Below, in pieces: positions 16,447 to 25,544 of a DNA stretch of 64,000 bases (position 1 is its first letter; the number at the start of each line of letters is the position of its first letter). The notes beneath the pieces are model-generated. The model worked only from the letters and a program-made list of their open reading frames with translations, was not told where the DNA came from and ran no database searches. Source of the stretch: an uncultured virus (IMG/VR IMGVR_UViG_3300025614_000002) (lineage: Duplodnaviria > Heunggongvirae > Uroviricota > Caudoviricetes); the IMG/VR virus record IMGVR_UViG_3300025614_000002, one strand, 5' to 3'. Position numbers and translations under genes: made by a program.

Positions 16447-19400
16447 GCTCCCCCGGGTTCCACCTGCATCTCCGGCTGTTCCTCGAGGGCCTCGAGGTCC
16501 CGGTGATTGGTGCGTCGGTCACCACGCAGATCGGCTCCGCGGCGACCGCGAACATCCAGGTGGTGCCGGACGACGCGCTACTCGAGCTGCTGCCCCGCAC
16601 GGTGGTCCATCTCTTCGTACTGGACTCCATGGAGTTCGCAGCCAGTGGCCGGACTCAGAGAGCCGGGGACGACTTCTACAAGCTGCTCTTCTGTGGGGAA
16701 GTCTCTGGGGTCCAGTTCTCGAAGGCAGGGGCCGGTTCACGGTCGGCCTCGCTGAACTGCATGGATTTCTCGAACGTCTGGGACACGAACTACGCGTTCT
16801 CCCTGAACTTCGGAGCCAGCAGCGGGGACGCCACGACCATCGAGAACCGCTCAGCGTTCTTGGCGATCTCTCAGCCGTCGTTCGACAACATCATCCAGAC
16901 TCCCGCGACGCTCGTGCGGTTGATCTCTCAGCAGAGGCCGCAGGCAGCGGGCCAAGCAGGGGCGCAGTCTGTGCTCGGAGGGCTGTTCAGCGTCCTGGAG
17001 GCGCTCAGTGGCGTCCAGGGGGCCTTCATGGGCGCAGGGCCCTGGCCCACAGTCCAGGAGAGGCGCACACGCGTCCTGGACTCCATCGTGTCCGATTCTG
17101 GGGAGACCGCTGCGGCGCTCTACTCCGCTGCGACGTTCTCTGAGTGGCTGAAGGGCCGACAGGGGCAGGTGGGAGCAGTCAGCTCGTTCCGCGACACCAT
17201 CAACATGATCCTCGGGTTCATCTTCTACGATTTCGTGCCGAATCCGGCACCGAAGTACATCAGAGGAGAGGACGCGGAGAAGGAGCACCCTGGTCGGGAT
17301 GTGCCCTATTCATCCAAGGGCGCCCTCCGAGAGAAGATCCTGTCGGAGTTCTCTGCCAAGGACGGTGTGGTCAGCGATCCGCGAAAGCTGATCAACCTCA
17401 ACCTCGAGTTCTTGGAGAAGGTGGTCATCCTGCTGTCCGGCCTCAAGGAGCGGGTCGGAGACCCTCTGATCTACAAAGGGCCGGGATCTGCCCCTGGTGG
17501 AGAGGACACGGGGTACAAGTTCGATTTCCGGATCCACGACGGGTGGCGCGAAGATGACGTCATCAGCACGGCGCACGAGCGTGGGTTCGCAATTGACATC
17601 GGGCATCCCCAGTTCTCCGGGAGGCTGTTCGCAGGAAGTATGCCCTTCAACCTCAAAGATGGGGTGGCCCAGCCGACTCTGCTGGAAGAGGCCGTTGGTG
17701 TGCAGGGGAAGTTCCGGCACGTCATGTACCAGTGGGAGGCGCTGGGAAAGGGTAAACTGTCGAATCTCTGGGATCTGGAGATGGCCGCGCAGGACGAGGC
17801 ATACCGGCGCCTCTGGGCATCTGGTCAGGAGATCTACGACGATATTCAGATGCTGAAGGCGCTTAGCGCCTGGGTGGACGTGGTCCTGGTAGAGACCGAC
17901 AAAGATCCAGACCTCCAGTCGGGAGGGGACCCCCTCGATTGGCCCTTGACCCCAGATCCGCTCTTCGCGCTGGTCGGCGTGGCCAACGATCCTGTTCATG
18001 TCCAGGACCGGCACCACAAGACCAAGTTCTCCGAAGCTGAGGGAACCCTCCAGGCGGGGGCGACCGGAAGGGGAGTCAGAGAGAGGCTCAACTCTTTCAT
18101 CTTCCGGCCCAACATCTGGTTTGCGGCACCGCCGCGGTGCAATGTCATCTACCCAGATCAGGTCACATCTTTCAGCATGCAGCGGGCCATGCTCCGAGAG
18201 ACTACGCGACTGCAGCTCAACATCGCGTTCGACCAGATCAAGGAGAAGACGAAGCAGTTGGACCGTCTGGCGTTCGCCCCCAAGCTGGTGGGAGAGGAGC
18301 AGAACGTCCAGAAGGGGCTCGGGAGCGCAGACAAGGTGATCATCCACGATCACGAGGTCTACAGCGGCGTCATCCCGAAGTTCGAGCGAGCCTCGGACCT
18401 CCTCTACTACCGGCTGAAGGGAGTGGAAACGGGAAGCGGCACGGAGTCTGAGTCTCGGATCGACACTTTCGCAGACCGCCTCGCGCACTTCCACCTGCTC
18501 TCGAATCGGTACCTGTCGCGCAGTGCGTCTGTGGCCGGAGTGTTCAACCTGAACCTCGTCTGCGGGTTCCCTGGCGTCGTGGTTGGGGCCCCCCTGTCTG
18601 CCTACGAACTGCAGAAGACGGAGAAGGGAGCCCGCTCTGACAGAGTCCACTGGTTGGGGATGCTCTCGTCAGTCACGCACTCGATCACGCAGGGCGGCGC
18701 CCAGACAAACGTGTCGCTCACGCATGTCCGGTCGCACCGTACGGGTGATAGGACGGACGATCTCTTCTCTGAGAACATCAATAGCAGCGGGCAGCTGACG
18801 ATCCAGAGCCGCGCAGAGATTCTTCAGGGGCAGGGGATCTTCTCCGTGGAGTCCGGGACCTCTATCGGGGTCTTGAACTCCACCCCCGAGTCGGTGCCTT
18901 CGCGCCTGGGGCTGCCGCTGGACGAAGATCCGAACTCCCTCTACTTCTGGGAGGCCCTCGGAGTCCTCATCGGAGACTTTCGGACGTACCTCAGAAACCT
19001 GCCGAAAATCTACGGGGATCGTGCGGGCTTCCTCATCGACCCGAGCACGTTCCCTCCCACTGACCTGACCGCGACAGGGGTGCAGGCCGGGCAGTCTGTA
19101 GCGATCCCAGAAGTTCCAGTGCCCGGGGGCAAGACCACCAAGGGCGTCATCTGGACGGGGCCGCCCACCACGGTGGCAATCCGTGCCCGGGGGTCCATGC
19201 CTCCAGGAGAGGAAGTTGTAGCGGTACTCGAGGTGGACTCTCCCTTTTCCATACAGAATCAGACCGGCGGCACCATCACGCAGTTCGTGAAGGAGAAGAA
19301 GTCCGCTGCGTTCTGGGACTCTGAGGACGTCCACGGCGTCGTAGAATTCCTGGTCACGCTGCCCGGAAGTACGCTGACGGTAGAGGAAGTTGACGCGGAC

Positions 19401-20105
19401 GCGCGCCTTGGCTTGCCGGTGGAGGAGGCCATCCGTCCCTCTTGGATCTCGTCGGACTACAGCACCGAGAAGGTAGAGACGGGCAACATCACCAAGATCT
19501 CAGAGCGGGTGTACCTGCCGTTCTTCGGCTCACCGTGTATCGTCGACCGGGTCTTGTCTGAGGATCCGCCGGAAGGCCTGGTTCGCCATTCTGTGGAGCA
19601 GGCCGTAGACCGCCTGGTGTGGGACTACTCCGAGGCTGTGGACAAGGGTTCCCGCTACGTTCTCCAGTTCATCCATGGGTCTACCCACAGGAAGGTGGCC
19701 ACTCTCCGCGAGGTGCTTGCGGACAAGACCCAGAAGCTCGGACCCGATGGGTGGGTCCATGAGCCTCGTGGGCCAGGTGGATTCAAGGACAGGAAGTACG
19801 CCCGGTACGGGGGATTCCACTCCAACGCTGTGAACTTCGGTCTTGTGGACTATGGATCCGAGCTCGAGTTCCTCGACTTGGAGGGTCCGCTACGTTCCCG
19901 ATATGGGTCGGGGCGGGAAGATCTGTCCAAGCAGATCACCAACGAGCTCGATCCCCGGGCTGAGCGTGCCCGCCGGGTAATCCGGTACCGGGGCCAGGTC
20001 CGGGCAGCGACATCGCTGACCAAGCGGCCCCGAGTGTCCTTGAGCCCCGATGGCGAGGATGCTACGATCCAAAATACTCCCCTCGGCATCGCCAAAAGAG
20101 GCTGA
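16443..20105 (+). CDS. Baseplate hub-like protein with inserted M15-type (LAS) metallopeptidase domain
   Basis: Hub-like N-terminus (LFLEGLEVPV...LLFCGEV...LNCMD) and C-terminal GMLSSVTHSI.QGG..T.VSLTHVR. Internal IHDGWR...TAHERGFAIDI...DPVHVQ. Confidence 0.7.
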   Translation: MSSPGFHLHLRLFLEGLEVPVIGASVTTQIGSAATANIQVVPDDALLELLPRTVVHLFVLDSMEFAASGRTQRAGDDFYKLLFCGEVSGVQFSKAGAGSRSASLNCMDFSNVWDTNYAFSLNFGASSGDATTIENRSAFLAISQPSFDNIIQTPATLVRLISQQRPQAAGQAGAQSVLGGLFSVLEALSGVQGAFMGAGPWPTVQERRTRVLDSIVSDSGETAAALYSAATFSEWLKGRQGQVGAVSSFRDTINMILGFIFYDFVPNPAPKYIRGEDAEKEHPGRDVPYSSKGALREKILSEFSAKDGVVSDPRKLINLNLEFLEKVVILLSGLKERVGDPLIYKGPGSAPGGEDTGYKFDFRIHDGWREDDVISTAHERGFAIDIGHPQFSGRLFAGSMPFNLKDGVAQPTLLEEAVGVQGKFRHVMYQWEALGKGKLSNLWDLEMAAQDEAYRRLWASGQEIYDDIQMLKALSAWVDVVLVETDKDPDLQSGGDPLDWPLTPDPLFALVGVANDPVHVQDRHHKTKFSEAEGTLQAGATGRGVRERLNSFIFRPNIWFAAPPRCNVIYPDQVTSFSMQRAMLRETTRLQLNIAFDQIKEKTKQLDRLAFAPKLVGEEQNVQKGLGSADKVIIHDHEVYSGVIPKFERASDLLYYRLKGVETGSGTESESRIDTFADRLAHFHLLSNRYLSRSASVAGVFNLNLVCGFPGVVVGAPLSAYELQKTEKGARSDRVHWLGMLSSVTHSITQGGAQTNVSLTHVRSHRTGDRTDDLFSENINSSGQLTIQSRAEILQGQGIFSVESGTSIGVLNSTPESVPSRLGLPLDEDPNSLYFWEALGVLIGDFRTYLRNLPKIYGDRAGFLIDPSTFPPTDLTATGVQAGQSVAIPEVPVPGGKTTKGVIWTGPPTTVAIRARGSMPPGEEVVAVLEVDSPFSIQNQTGGTITQFVKEKKSAAFWDSEDVHGVVEFLVTLPGSTLTVEEVDADARLGLPVEEAIRPSWISSDYSTEKVETGNITKISERVYLPFFGSPCIVDRVLSEDPPEGLVRHSVEQAVDRLVWDYSEAVDKGSRYVLQFIHGSTHRKVATLREVLADKTQKLGPDGWVHEPRGPGGFKDRKYARYGGFHSNAVNFGLVDYGSELEFLDLEGPLRSRYGSGREDLSKQITNELDPRAERARRVIRYRGQVRAATSLTKRPRVSLSPDGEDATIQNTPLGIAKRG

Positions 20106-20107
20106 TC

Positions 20108-20350
20108 ATGATCGACCCGAACATCTCTGCGTTCTTCTTCGACGAGCTCACGAAGGAGGCCCTGAGTGGCAAACACCTCGGCGGAGCAGCTCTCGTCGGC
20201 GGCGGCGTCATCGCCGGTGCCGTGGGCAAGGATGCTCTCCAGGACCGCAAGGAGGGTCGCGTCATCCGCGCGCAGCGCGAGATGCAGCAGCGTCAGATGA
20301 TGCAGGCCATGAAGCGTCGGAAGTCGGGCGCCTCCCAGGGGGGCTACTGA
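20108..20350 (+). CDS. Small protein with FFDELTKEA leader and Gly-rich hydrophobic segment
   Basis: 80 aa: MIDPNISAFFFDELTKEA|LSGKHLGGAALVGGGVIAGAVG... Confidence 0.8.
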   Translation: MIDPNISAFFFDELTKEALSGKHLGGAALVGGGVIAGAVGKDALQDRKEGRVIRAQREMQQRQMMQAMKRRKSGASQGGY

Positions 20351-20592
20351 TGGCCAACGACCTCTTCCAGCGAGACCATCACCTGTCTCACGCCGCAGAG
20401 ATGTCGAACGTGGCCAACACGAACGAGATCTTGGATGATCTCTTCACCCGACGTGACGATCTGGCCGCCCGGTCCTACCGGCAGCTCTCGGGCCTGTTCT
20501 CCGGCAAGGAGCACTACGGGCGCAACACCCGCTTGGGCATGTCTGCTCGCGAGGCCGGTCGCCTGGTGAACCGGGCATTCTCGGATGGCTGA
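20350..20592 (+). CDS. Hypothetical protein, 80 aa
   Basis: ATG at 20350 (TGATG overlap) inside track ORF 20050..20592. MANDLFQRDHH... Confidence 0.7.
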   Translation: MANDLFQRDHHLSHAAEMSNVANTNEILDDLFTRRDDLAARSYRQLSGLFSGKEHYGRNTRLGMSAREAGRLVNRAFSDG

Positions 20593-21397
20593 CCTCCGGA
20601 GCCGACTCGAGAAGATCGCGGCAAAGGACCCGTACCAGTTCCCGACTTCTTGGACGTCCGGGCAGCCGATGTCGTCTCGGGCCGCTCAAGATCTGGACCT
20701 GTGGCGGCAGTGGAAGACCTCCAAGGAAGACCCAGAGAAGCTGGCTCCGCTCCTCACGTCGCTCAATCCAGTCATCTCTTCGCAGGTGAACCGGCACCGG
20801 GCCCCGAGGATCTACAAGCCTGCGATCGAGGCCCACGCGCGCACCCTGGCAGTCCAGGCACTCCGTCGGTATGACCCGACCCGGAAGGCTGCGGTCGCAT
20901 CGCACGTCCAGAACAACCTCAAGGGTCTCAACCGCTACGTGAAGAAGCATCAGAACTTCACGCGGATCGTAGAGGCACAGGCCAACAAGATCGGGCCGTA
21001 CTCGCGGGCCAAGGCTGTGCTCGAGGAGGAGCTGGGCAGGGAGCCCACCACCTTCGAGCTCGCAGACAAGCTCAAGATGAGCCCGAAGAAGGTCGAGCGC
21101 CTGGCGAAAGAGATCCGGCCGGACATCTTCAACCTGCCGGCAGTCGGAGAAGATGCGTTCGAGTCCTCCCCCTTCGAGGAGGAGTCCCCCAGGCACCGCG
21201 AGGTCATCGCGATGCTGCCCTACGAGCTCACAACCGACGAGACAGCAGTGTTCAACTACCTCTTCGGTAAGGGAGGGAAGCGCAAGATGGAGGTGATGAA
21301 CGACATCGCGCGTGAACTCGGGTGGTCTGCGTCCAAGGTCTCCCAGGTCAAGAACTCGATCTCGAAGAAGTACCGCGACTACCTGAGAAGCTTCTGA
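20585..21397 (+). CDS. Phage RNA polymerase sigma factor (sigma70 family, FliA/SigB-like architecture)
   Basis: Region 2-like ALRRYDPTRKAAVASHV, region 3 LEEELGREPTTFELADKLKMSPKKV, region 4 HTH MNDIARELGWSASKVSQVKNSI. Confidence 0.9.
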   Translation: MADLRSRLEKIAAKDPYQFPTSWTSGQPMSSRAAQDLDLWRQWKTSKEDPEKLAPLLTSLNPVISSQVNRHRAPRIYKPAIEAHARTLAVQALRRYDPTRKAAVASHVQNNLKGLNRYVKKHQNFTRIVEAQANKIGPYSRAKAVLEEELGREPTTFELADKLKMSPKKVERLAKEIRPDIFNLPAVGEDAFESSPFEEESPRHREVIAMLPYELTTDETAVFNYLFGKGGKRKMEVMNDIARELGWSASKVSQVKNSISKKYRDYLRSF

Positions 21398-21633
21398 TGG
21401 CGTACCCGGAGACTGTCGCGCGGGTGATCCGTCTGCGGGCACAGCTCGAGTCCGAGCTCCTCGCGGCGGAAGCAGAGGTTGCTCGCGAGGTTGCGCTGCT
21501 CAAGATCATTCATGAGGGGCGCACGGGCGATGGCGCCCTCAGTGCGCGCACGGTAGAGTTGACCACTGCGCAGACCGTGGGTTTCTTGTCGAAATACCTT
21601 CCAGATCTGTCTGCTGCGCTTGCCTCGGGTTGA
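21397..21633 (+). CDS. Hypothetical protein, 78 aa
   Basis: ATG at 21397 (TGATG overlap). MAYPETVARVIRLRAQLE... Confidence 0.65.
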   Translation: MAYPETVARVIRLRAQLESELLAAEAEVAREVALLKIIHEGRTGDGALSARTVELTTAQTVGFLSKYLPDLSAALASG

Positions 21634-21848
21634 TTGTGCCGTTCACTACTCAGGATATGTCGTTCGCCGCATTCTTGGTGCAGCGGGGATTCTCGATCTC
21701 AGACGTGTCGCGGTCCAGTCGTCGGACCTCCTGGACCTTCAACATTACCCAAGAAGACCTGTCCAAGATGGAAGCAGAGTGGCCGGGCACGCAGGAGTGC
21801 CGCTTCTTCAACTGCTACCAGACTCTCAAGAATCAGGTCCGAAAATAG
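21630..21848 (+). CDS. Small phage protein, DUF5659-like
   Basis: FTTQDMSFAAFLVQRGFSISDVSR...WTF resembles the T.D..LAAFL...G pattern. The start could be 21630 or 21636. Confidence 0.6.
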   Translation: MIVPFTTQDMSFAAFLVQRGFSISDVSRSSRRTSWTFNITQEDLSKMEAEWPGTQECRFFNCYQTLKNQVRK

Positions 21849-21860
21849 TAGGGAGGCGTC

Positions 21861-22532
21861 ATGTCGTTCACGACGGTTGGCCTGGCCACCACTGCCACCC
21901 TGCGGGTCACCTTCGATGGCGGCTCCGGCACCGAGACGTTCCTCAACGCCGACGATGATCCCAGCCTCGCGGTCATCCTCGACGATGAGACCCTTGAGAC
22001 GATCACCAGCTTCGTCAACGACGTCACCGGGATCTACAGTGCGCTGTGGACTCCCCTCATTGCGGGACAGTACACGCTGACCTGGACCTTCGGGGTCGCA
22101 GGCACTGAGTACACCCGCAGCGACACCGTGGACGCGCTGGACTCTGGAGATCTCCCCCCGGGGGCAGTAGACCCCGACCCAGATGTGGGGGTAGACAACA
22201 CCTGTACGCTGACCGGCACATTCGTGGACTCCGCAGGGAACTTCCTGCCGGGCCACCACGTCCGATTCAGTCCCGATCTCGCCACCTCTCAGGTCACCGG
22301 AGTCGGCTTCGTAGCTGACGATGTCACGGCCACCTCAGATGCCAATGGTGAGATCTCCTTCACGGCCGTTCGCGGCCTGACAGGCTTGCTCGCCGTCTCA
22401 GGATCTTCCCTGGTTCGGCGCGTCACCATCCCTGACCAAGCCACCATCGATATCTTCGAGCTTGCGGCTACCGCAGACGATCTGCTCGAAATCCAGGAGA
22501 TTGAGCTGGTCGAGCTGCCTCGGAGATCTTGA
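21861..22532 (+). CDS. Virion structural protein, beta-sandwich
   Basis: 223 aa, T/D/G/V-rich. GIYSALWTP..AGQYTLTWTF is Ig-like. GGGAGG RBS. Confidence 0.7.
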   Translation: MSFTTVGLATTATLRVTFDGGSGTETFLNADDDPSLAVILDDETLETITSFVNDVTGIYSALWTPLIAGQYTLTWTFGVAGTEYTRSDTVDALDSGDLPPGAVDPDPDVGVDNTCTLTGTFVDSAGNFLPGHHVRFSPDLATSQVTGVGFVADDVTATSDANGEISFTAVRGLTGLLAVSGSSLVRRVTIPDQATIDIFELAATADDLLEIQEIELVELPRRS

Positions 22533-23425
22533 TGAGCGCGGTCACCCTCTACGTCTACGACTCCTCAGACGAGACCAAGAACACCCCCCTCGAGTCCTGC
22601 ACGGTCTTCGTCTTCTCTGAGGATGGATCTACGTTCATCACCCAGGGGAACACCACCGTTGAAGGACAGGTCGTGTTCGACCTGCCCGACGCCACCTACT
22701 GGGTCCGCTTCTTCAAGACTGGGTTCTCCTTCGACACCGGACTGAGTGTCGTAGTCGAGGAGGATTCAGAGTTCGAGGTGGGCGGCGAGAACCTCGATGA
22801 CCGACCTCCCGCGACGCTGAGTCACCTCTGCCGGGTGAGCGGCTTCATCATCGGGGCTGCGGGACAGCATCTGGCCAACGTGACCGCGGAGTTCATGCTC
22901 AACGAGCGCGTCCGCATCAGTGGCGGCAACGCCACCGGCAACTCCAAGGTGATCGTGGTGTCTAACGCCGCGGGCTACTTCGAGTTCGATCTCCTCCGGG
23001 GAGCCGTGTACGAAGTGGTGGTGGAGTCCTACGAGCCGGACGTCTTCGTAGTCACTGTCCCGGACAAGGTCTCTACGGGGTTCACCGACCTCATCTGGCC
23101 CTACGTCTCCCGGGTCGATCTGACTCCCTCATCTGTCAGCATCGATGAGGAGGATGAGGTCGAAGTAGAAGCCGAAGTGGTCCTGTCGAGTGGGCGCGCC
23201 GCGCCGTACAAGAAGATCCAGGGCGAGGCGGTGGGGTCGAGCCTCGTGTCCGTGTCCTCCACCGATCCAGCTGTGGCCACCGCATCCATGAGTGGGTCCA
23301 CGGTCACCATCGTCGGTGTCGGCGCCGGAACCTGCGAGATTGAGTTCTCGTCCTCCTTGGCGGAGGCTGAGAGAGTCCCCGCAGTGGACGTCACCTTCGA
23401 CAGCATCTCCGTTACGGTGGCTTGA
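22532..23425 (+). CDS. Virion protein with carboxypeptidase-regulatory-like and C-terminal Big_2 Ig-like domains
   Basis: GNTTVEGQVVFDLPDATYWVRFFKTGFSF; VSSTDPAVATASMSGSTVTIVGVGAGTCEI. Confidence 0.75.
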   Translation: MSAVTLYVYDSSDETKNTPLESCTVFVFSEDGSTFITQGNTTVEGQVVFDLPDATYWVRFFKTGFSFDTGLSVVVEEDSEFEVGGENLDDRPPATLSHLCRVSGFIIGAAGQHLANVTAEFMLNERVRISGGNATGNSKVIVVSNAAGYFEFDLLRGAVYEVVVESYEPDVFVVTVPDKVSTGFTDLIWPYVSRVDLTPSSVSIDEEDEVEVEAEVVLSSGRAAPYKKIQGEAVGSSLVSVSSTDPAVATASMSGSTVTIVGVGAGTCEIEFSSSLAEAERVPAVDVTFDSISVTVA

Positions 23426-24543
23426 TGCCGCTGAAACTCTCTGATGCTGACCTCCAGCGGAGCGCCAAGAGTGCTCTGTCCCCGGTGCCCCCTTCTGGGG
23501 CCAGCCGGGCGGAAGATCGGGAGTTCGCGTGGGACCGTTTCCGGGCGTCAGCAGCCCAGGCCGTGCTCTCCGACCCAGACACGATGCTCTACCTCAAGCT
23601 CCGCAAGATGCGGGGTCTGGTGCGTCCCGCAGCAGAGATGCACGGTCTACTCTGTACGGCTGTCATGCTGACCGAGCTCGCAGTCCGGCCGGCAGATGTG
23701 GGCGTCTCTGACGCGCCCTCCGATGTATCGCAGATTGAGGCAGTGCTCTCTCGAGGCACTACCCCAGACCTGGCAGCCCTCCAGGCAGCGACTGCAGCAG
23801 CGTTCCGGGACGAGGTGAAGAGAGAGGTCCGAAAGGGCTACGCCCGTCCGAGTGACGCGGGGGCGTCACTGTCTGTGGTTGTGCAGGAGATCGTCAGACG
23901 GGCGGAGGATCTCTACGAGATCTGCGTGCAGGTCAAGAGTCGGATCCCAGACCACCGCGCGATCCTCCTGGCTACCGCCGCAGGCCCGGTCAAGGATCGG
24001 GCGCTGCTGGCGCTGAGCGAGCGAGACGGGCTGGACAGGGTGCTGGCGGTCAGCAACGCGGTGGGGGCGCTGCAGGCCCTCCAGGCTGATCCACCGACCC
24101 AGGTGCTGCTGTCCCGTCACGCCGCAGCCGGGGCACACATGGCGACACTGATGCGCGCCCTGTCCGGGCTGCTGCGGCCACGCAAGCTGGCGGCGTCACG
24201 GGCGGAGGCCGCGAGGGAAGTGGCCTTCTACGGGGAGTCGGCCTCTCTGATCTCTTCCCTCACTCCCGAGGCCTCCCGGGCGTTCGGTCTCCTGTTCTTG
24301 GACACTCCGGACTCGGTAGACACCCTGGGGAGCCTCCGGGAGATCTCGCTCGAAGCAGCCGCAGGTACGGTGTCCTCTGCCCAGCAGCTCCTGAAGTCAT
24401 GTGCTGCCGAGGGATTCGACGCAGCATACCGAGACCTCGAGATGGGGAACCCCCTCCGGCTGGTGCGCTCGGGCTTCCTCTCTGGGACGCGGGTTGGGAG
24501 CATCTCTGCGGTTACCGGAGACCTCACCTACCGCTCAGGGTGA
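23425..24543 (+). CDS. Hypothetical Ala/Leu-rich helical protein
   Basis: About 372 aa, TGATG overlap within the structural operon. Confidence 0.7.
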   Translation: MPLKLSDADLQRSAKSALSPVPPSGASRAEDREFAWDRFRASAAQAVLSDPDTMLYLKLRKMRGLVRPAAEMHGLLCTAVMLTELAVRPADVGVSDAPSDVSQIEAVLSRGTTPDLAALQAATAAAFRDEVKREVRKGYARPSDAGASLSVVVQEIVRRAEDLYEICVQVKSRIPDHRAILLATAAGPVKDRALLALSERDGLDRVLAVSNAVGALQALQADPPTQVLLSRHAAAGAHMATLMRALSGLLRPRKLAASRAEAAREVAFYGESASLISSLTPEASRAFGLLFLDTPDSVDTLGSLREISLEAAAGTVSSAQQLLKSCAAEGFDAAYRDLEMGNPLRLVRSGFLSGTRVGSISAVTGDLTYRSG

Positions 24544-24547
24544 CCAC

Positions 24548-24892
24548 ATGCCCGACACCAAGACCCTGGACCTGGCGACTCAGCAGCTCCTCGCCCTCGT
24601 CGGAGATGCGATCACAGAGGTCAGCACCGCCCAGGCACTGAACCAGGTCGCTTCGGCAAGCCTTCGGTCCTCCTTGGAGGATGCGATCCTGCTGCTGGAC
24701 TCCGAAGCATTCGGTGAAGTGGGAGCTTTCGCGGTAGGAGGAGAGGCGTCGCCTATCACTGGTACGCTTCCCTCCCGCACCGTGGGTGGTAAGATCCAGA
24801 GAATCCGTGAGCTCCGGGCGGCCCTTTTCGGTTCCGCTGGGAACTCAGTAGGTGCCATGGACATCCTCCTGCAGGCCGCCTCGGTGGAGTGA
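24548..24892 (+). CDS. Hypothetical protein, 114 aa
   Basis: ATG at 24548 inside track ORF 24401..24892. MPDTKTLDLATQQLL... Confidence 0.7.
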   Translation: MPDTKTLDLATQQLLALVGDAITEVSTAQALNQVASASLRSSLEDAILLLDSEAFGEVGAFAVGGEASPITGTLPSRTVGGKIQRIRELRAALFGSAGNSVGAMDILLQAASVE

Positions 24893-24893
24893 C

Positions 24894-25535
24894 ATGGACT
24901 ACCCCCTTCTCGCGTTCCAGCAGACCAAGAACATCCAGCGGGTGACGTTCTTCGGTCAGGGCACCGCCCTGGACATTCGCGGGCTGAACTTCCGCGACAT
25001 CACTGGGGTGATCGTCAACGGGGTCCGCTCTCCGGTGTTCGTCACGGTCAGTCCGACGCGGATCCTGGCCGACATCCCAGCCGGGGAGGTTGGGGTCATC
25101 ATCCGGTCGGTGGCGGTCCTCACTGCGAACGTCAGTGGCAGCAAGGCGTCCATTGTCAGCTTTGAAGCTGCGGTCTCGGCGCAGCAGTTGGGGGACTCTG
25201 GGCTCCTCGTTCAGCGATTCCTCAAGGTGCTCCTGACTACGCAGGGGTCGGACATCTTCGCTCCGCAGGCCGGAGGAAACCTCTTGGCGTTGATCGGGGA
25301 GATCTCCGAATCAGAGCGCCAGAATGTGGAAGCACTGGCCATGCTGTACGTTCAGCAGGCGGAAGAGGTAATGATCACCTCGCAGGCACGGAACCCGCAG
25401 CTCCCCGACTCCGCCAAGCTGGGGCGGGTCACCGTTCTTCGGGCGTCATATAGTCCCCAAGAAACCGCCCTCGATATTCGGCTGCGGATCCAGTCCCTTG
25501 ACGGGACGGTCGCGATCGCAGGACTCGCCCTCTAA
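24894..25535 (+). CDS. Baseplate wedge protein, gp25-like, with N-terminal IPT/TIG-like domain
   Basis: LDIRGLNFRDITGVIVNG (TIG-like); LVQRFLKVLLTTQGSDIFAPQAGGNL (gp25-like). It precedes the baseplate-J-like gene. Confidence 0.7.
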   Translation: MDYPLLAFQQTKNIQRVTFFGQGTALDIRGLNFRDITGVIVNGVRSPVFVTVSPTRILADIPAGEVGVIIRSVAVLTANVSGSKASIVSFEAAVSAQQLGDSGLLVQRFLKVLLTTQGSDIFAPQAGGNLLALIGEISESERQNVEALAMLYVQQAEEVMITSQARNPQLPDSAKLGRVTVLRASYSPQETALDIRLRIQSLDGTVAIAGLAL

Positions 25536-25544
25536 GGAAGACCC

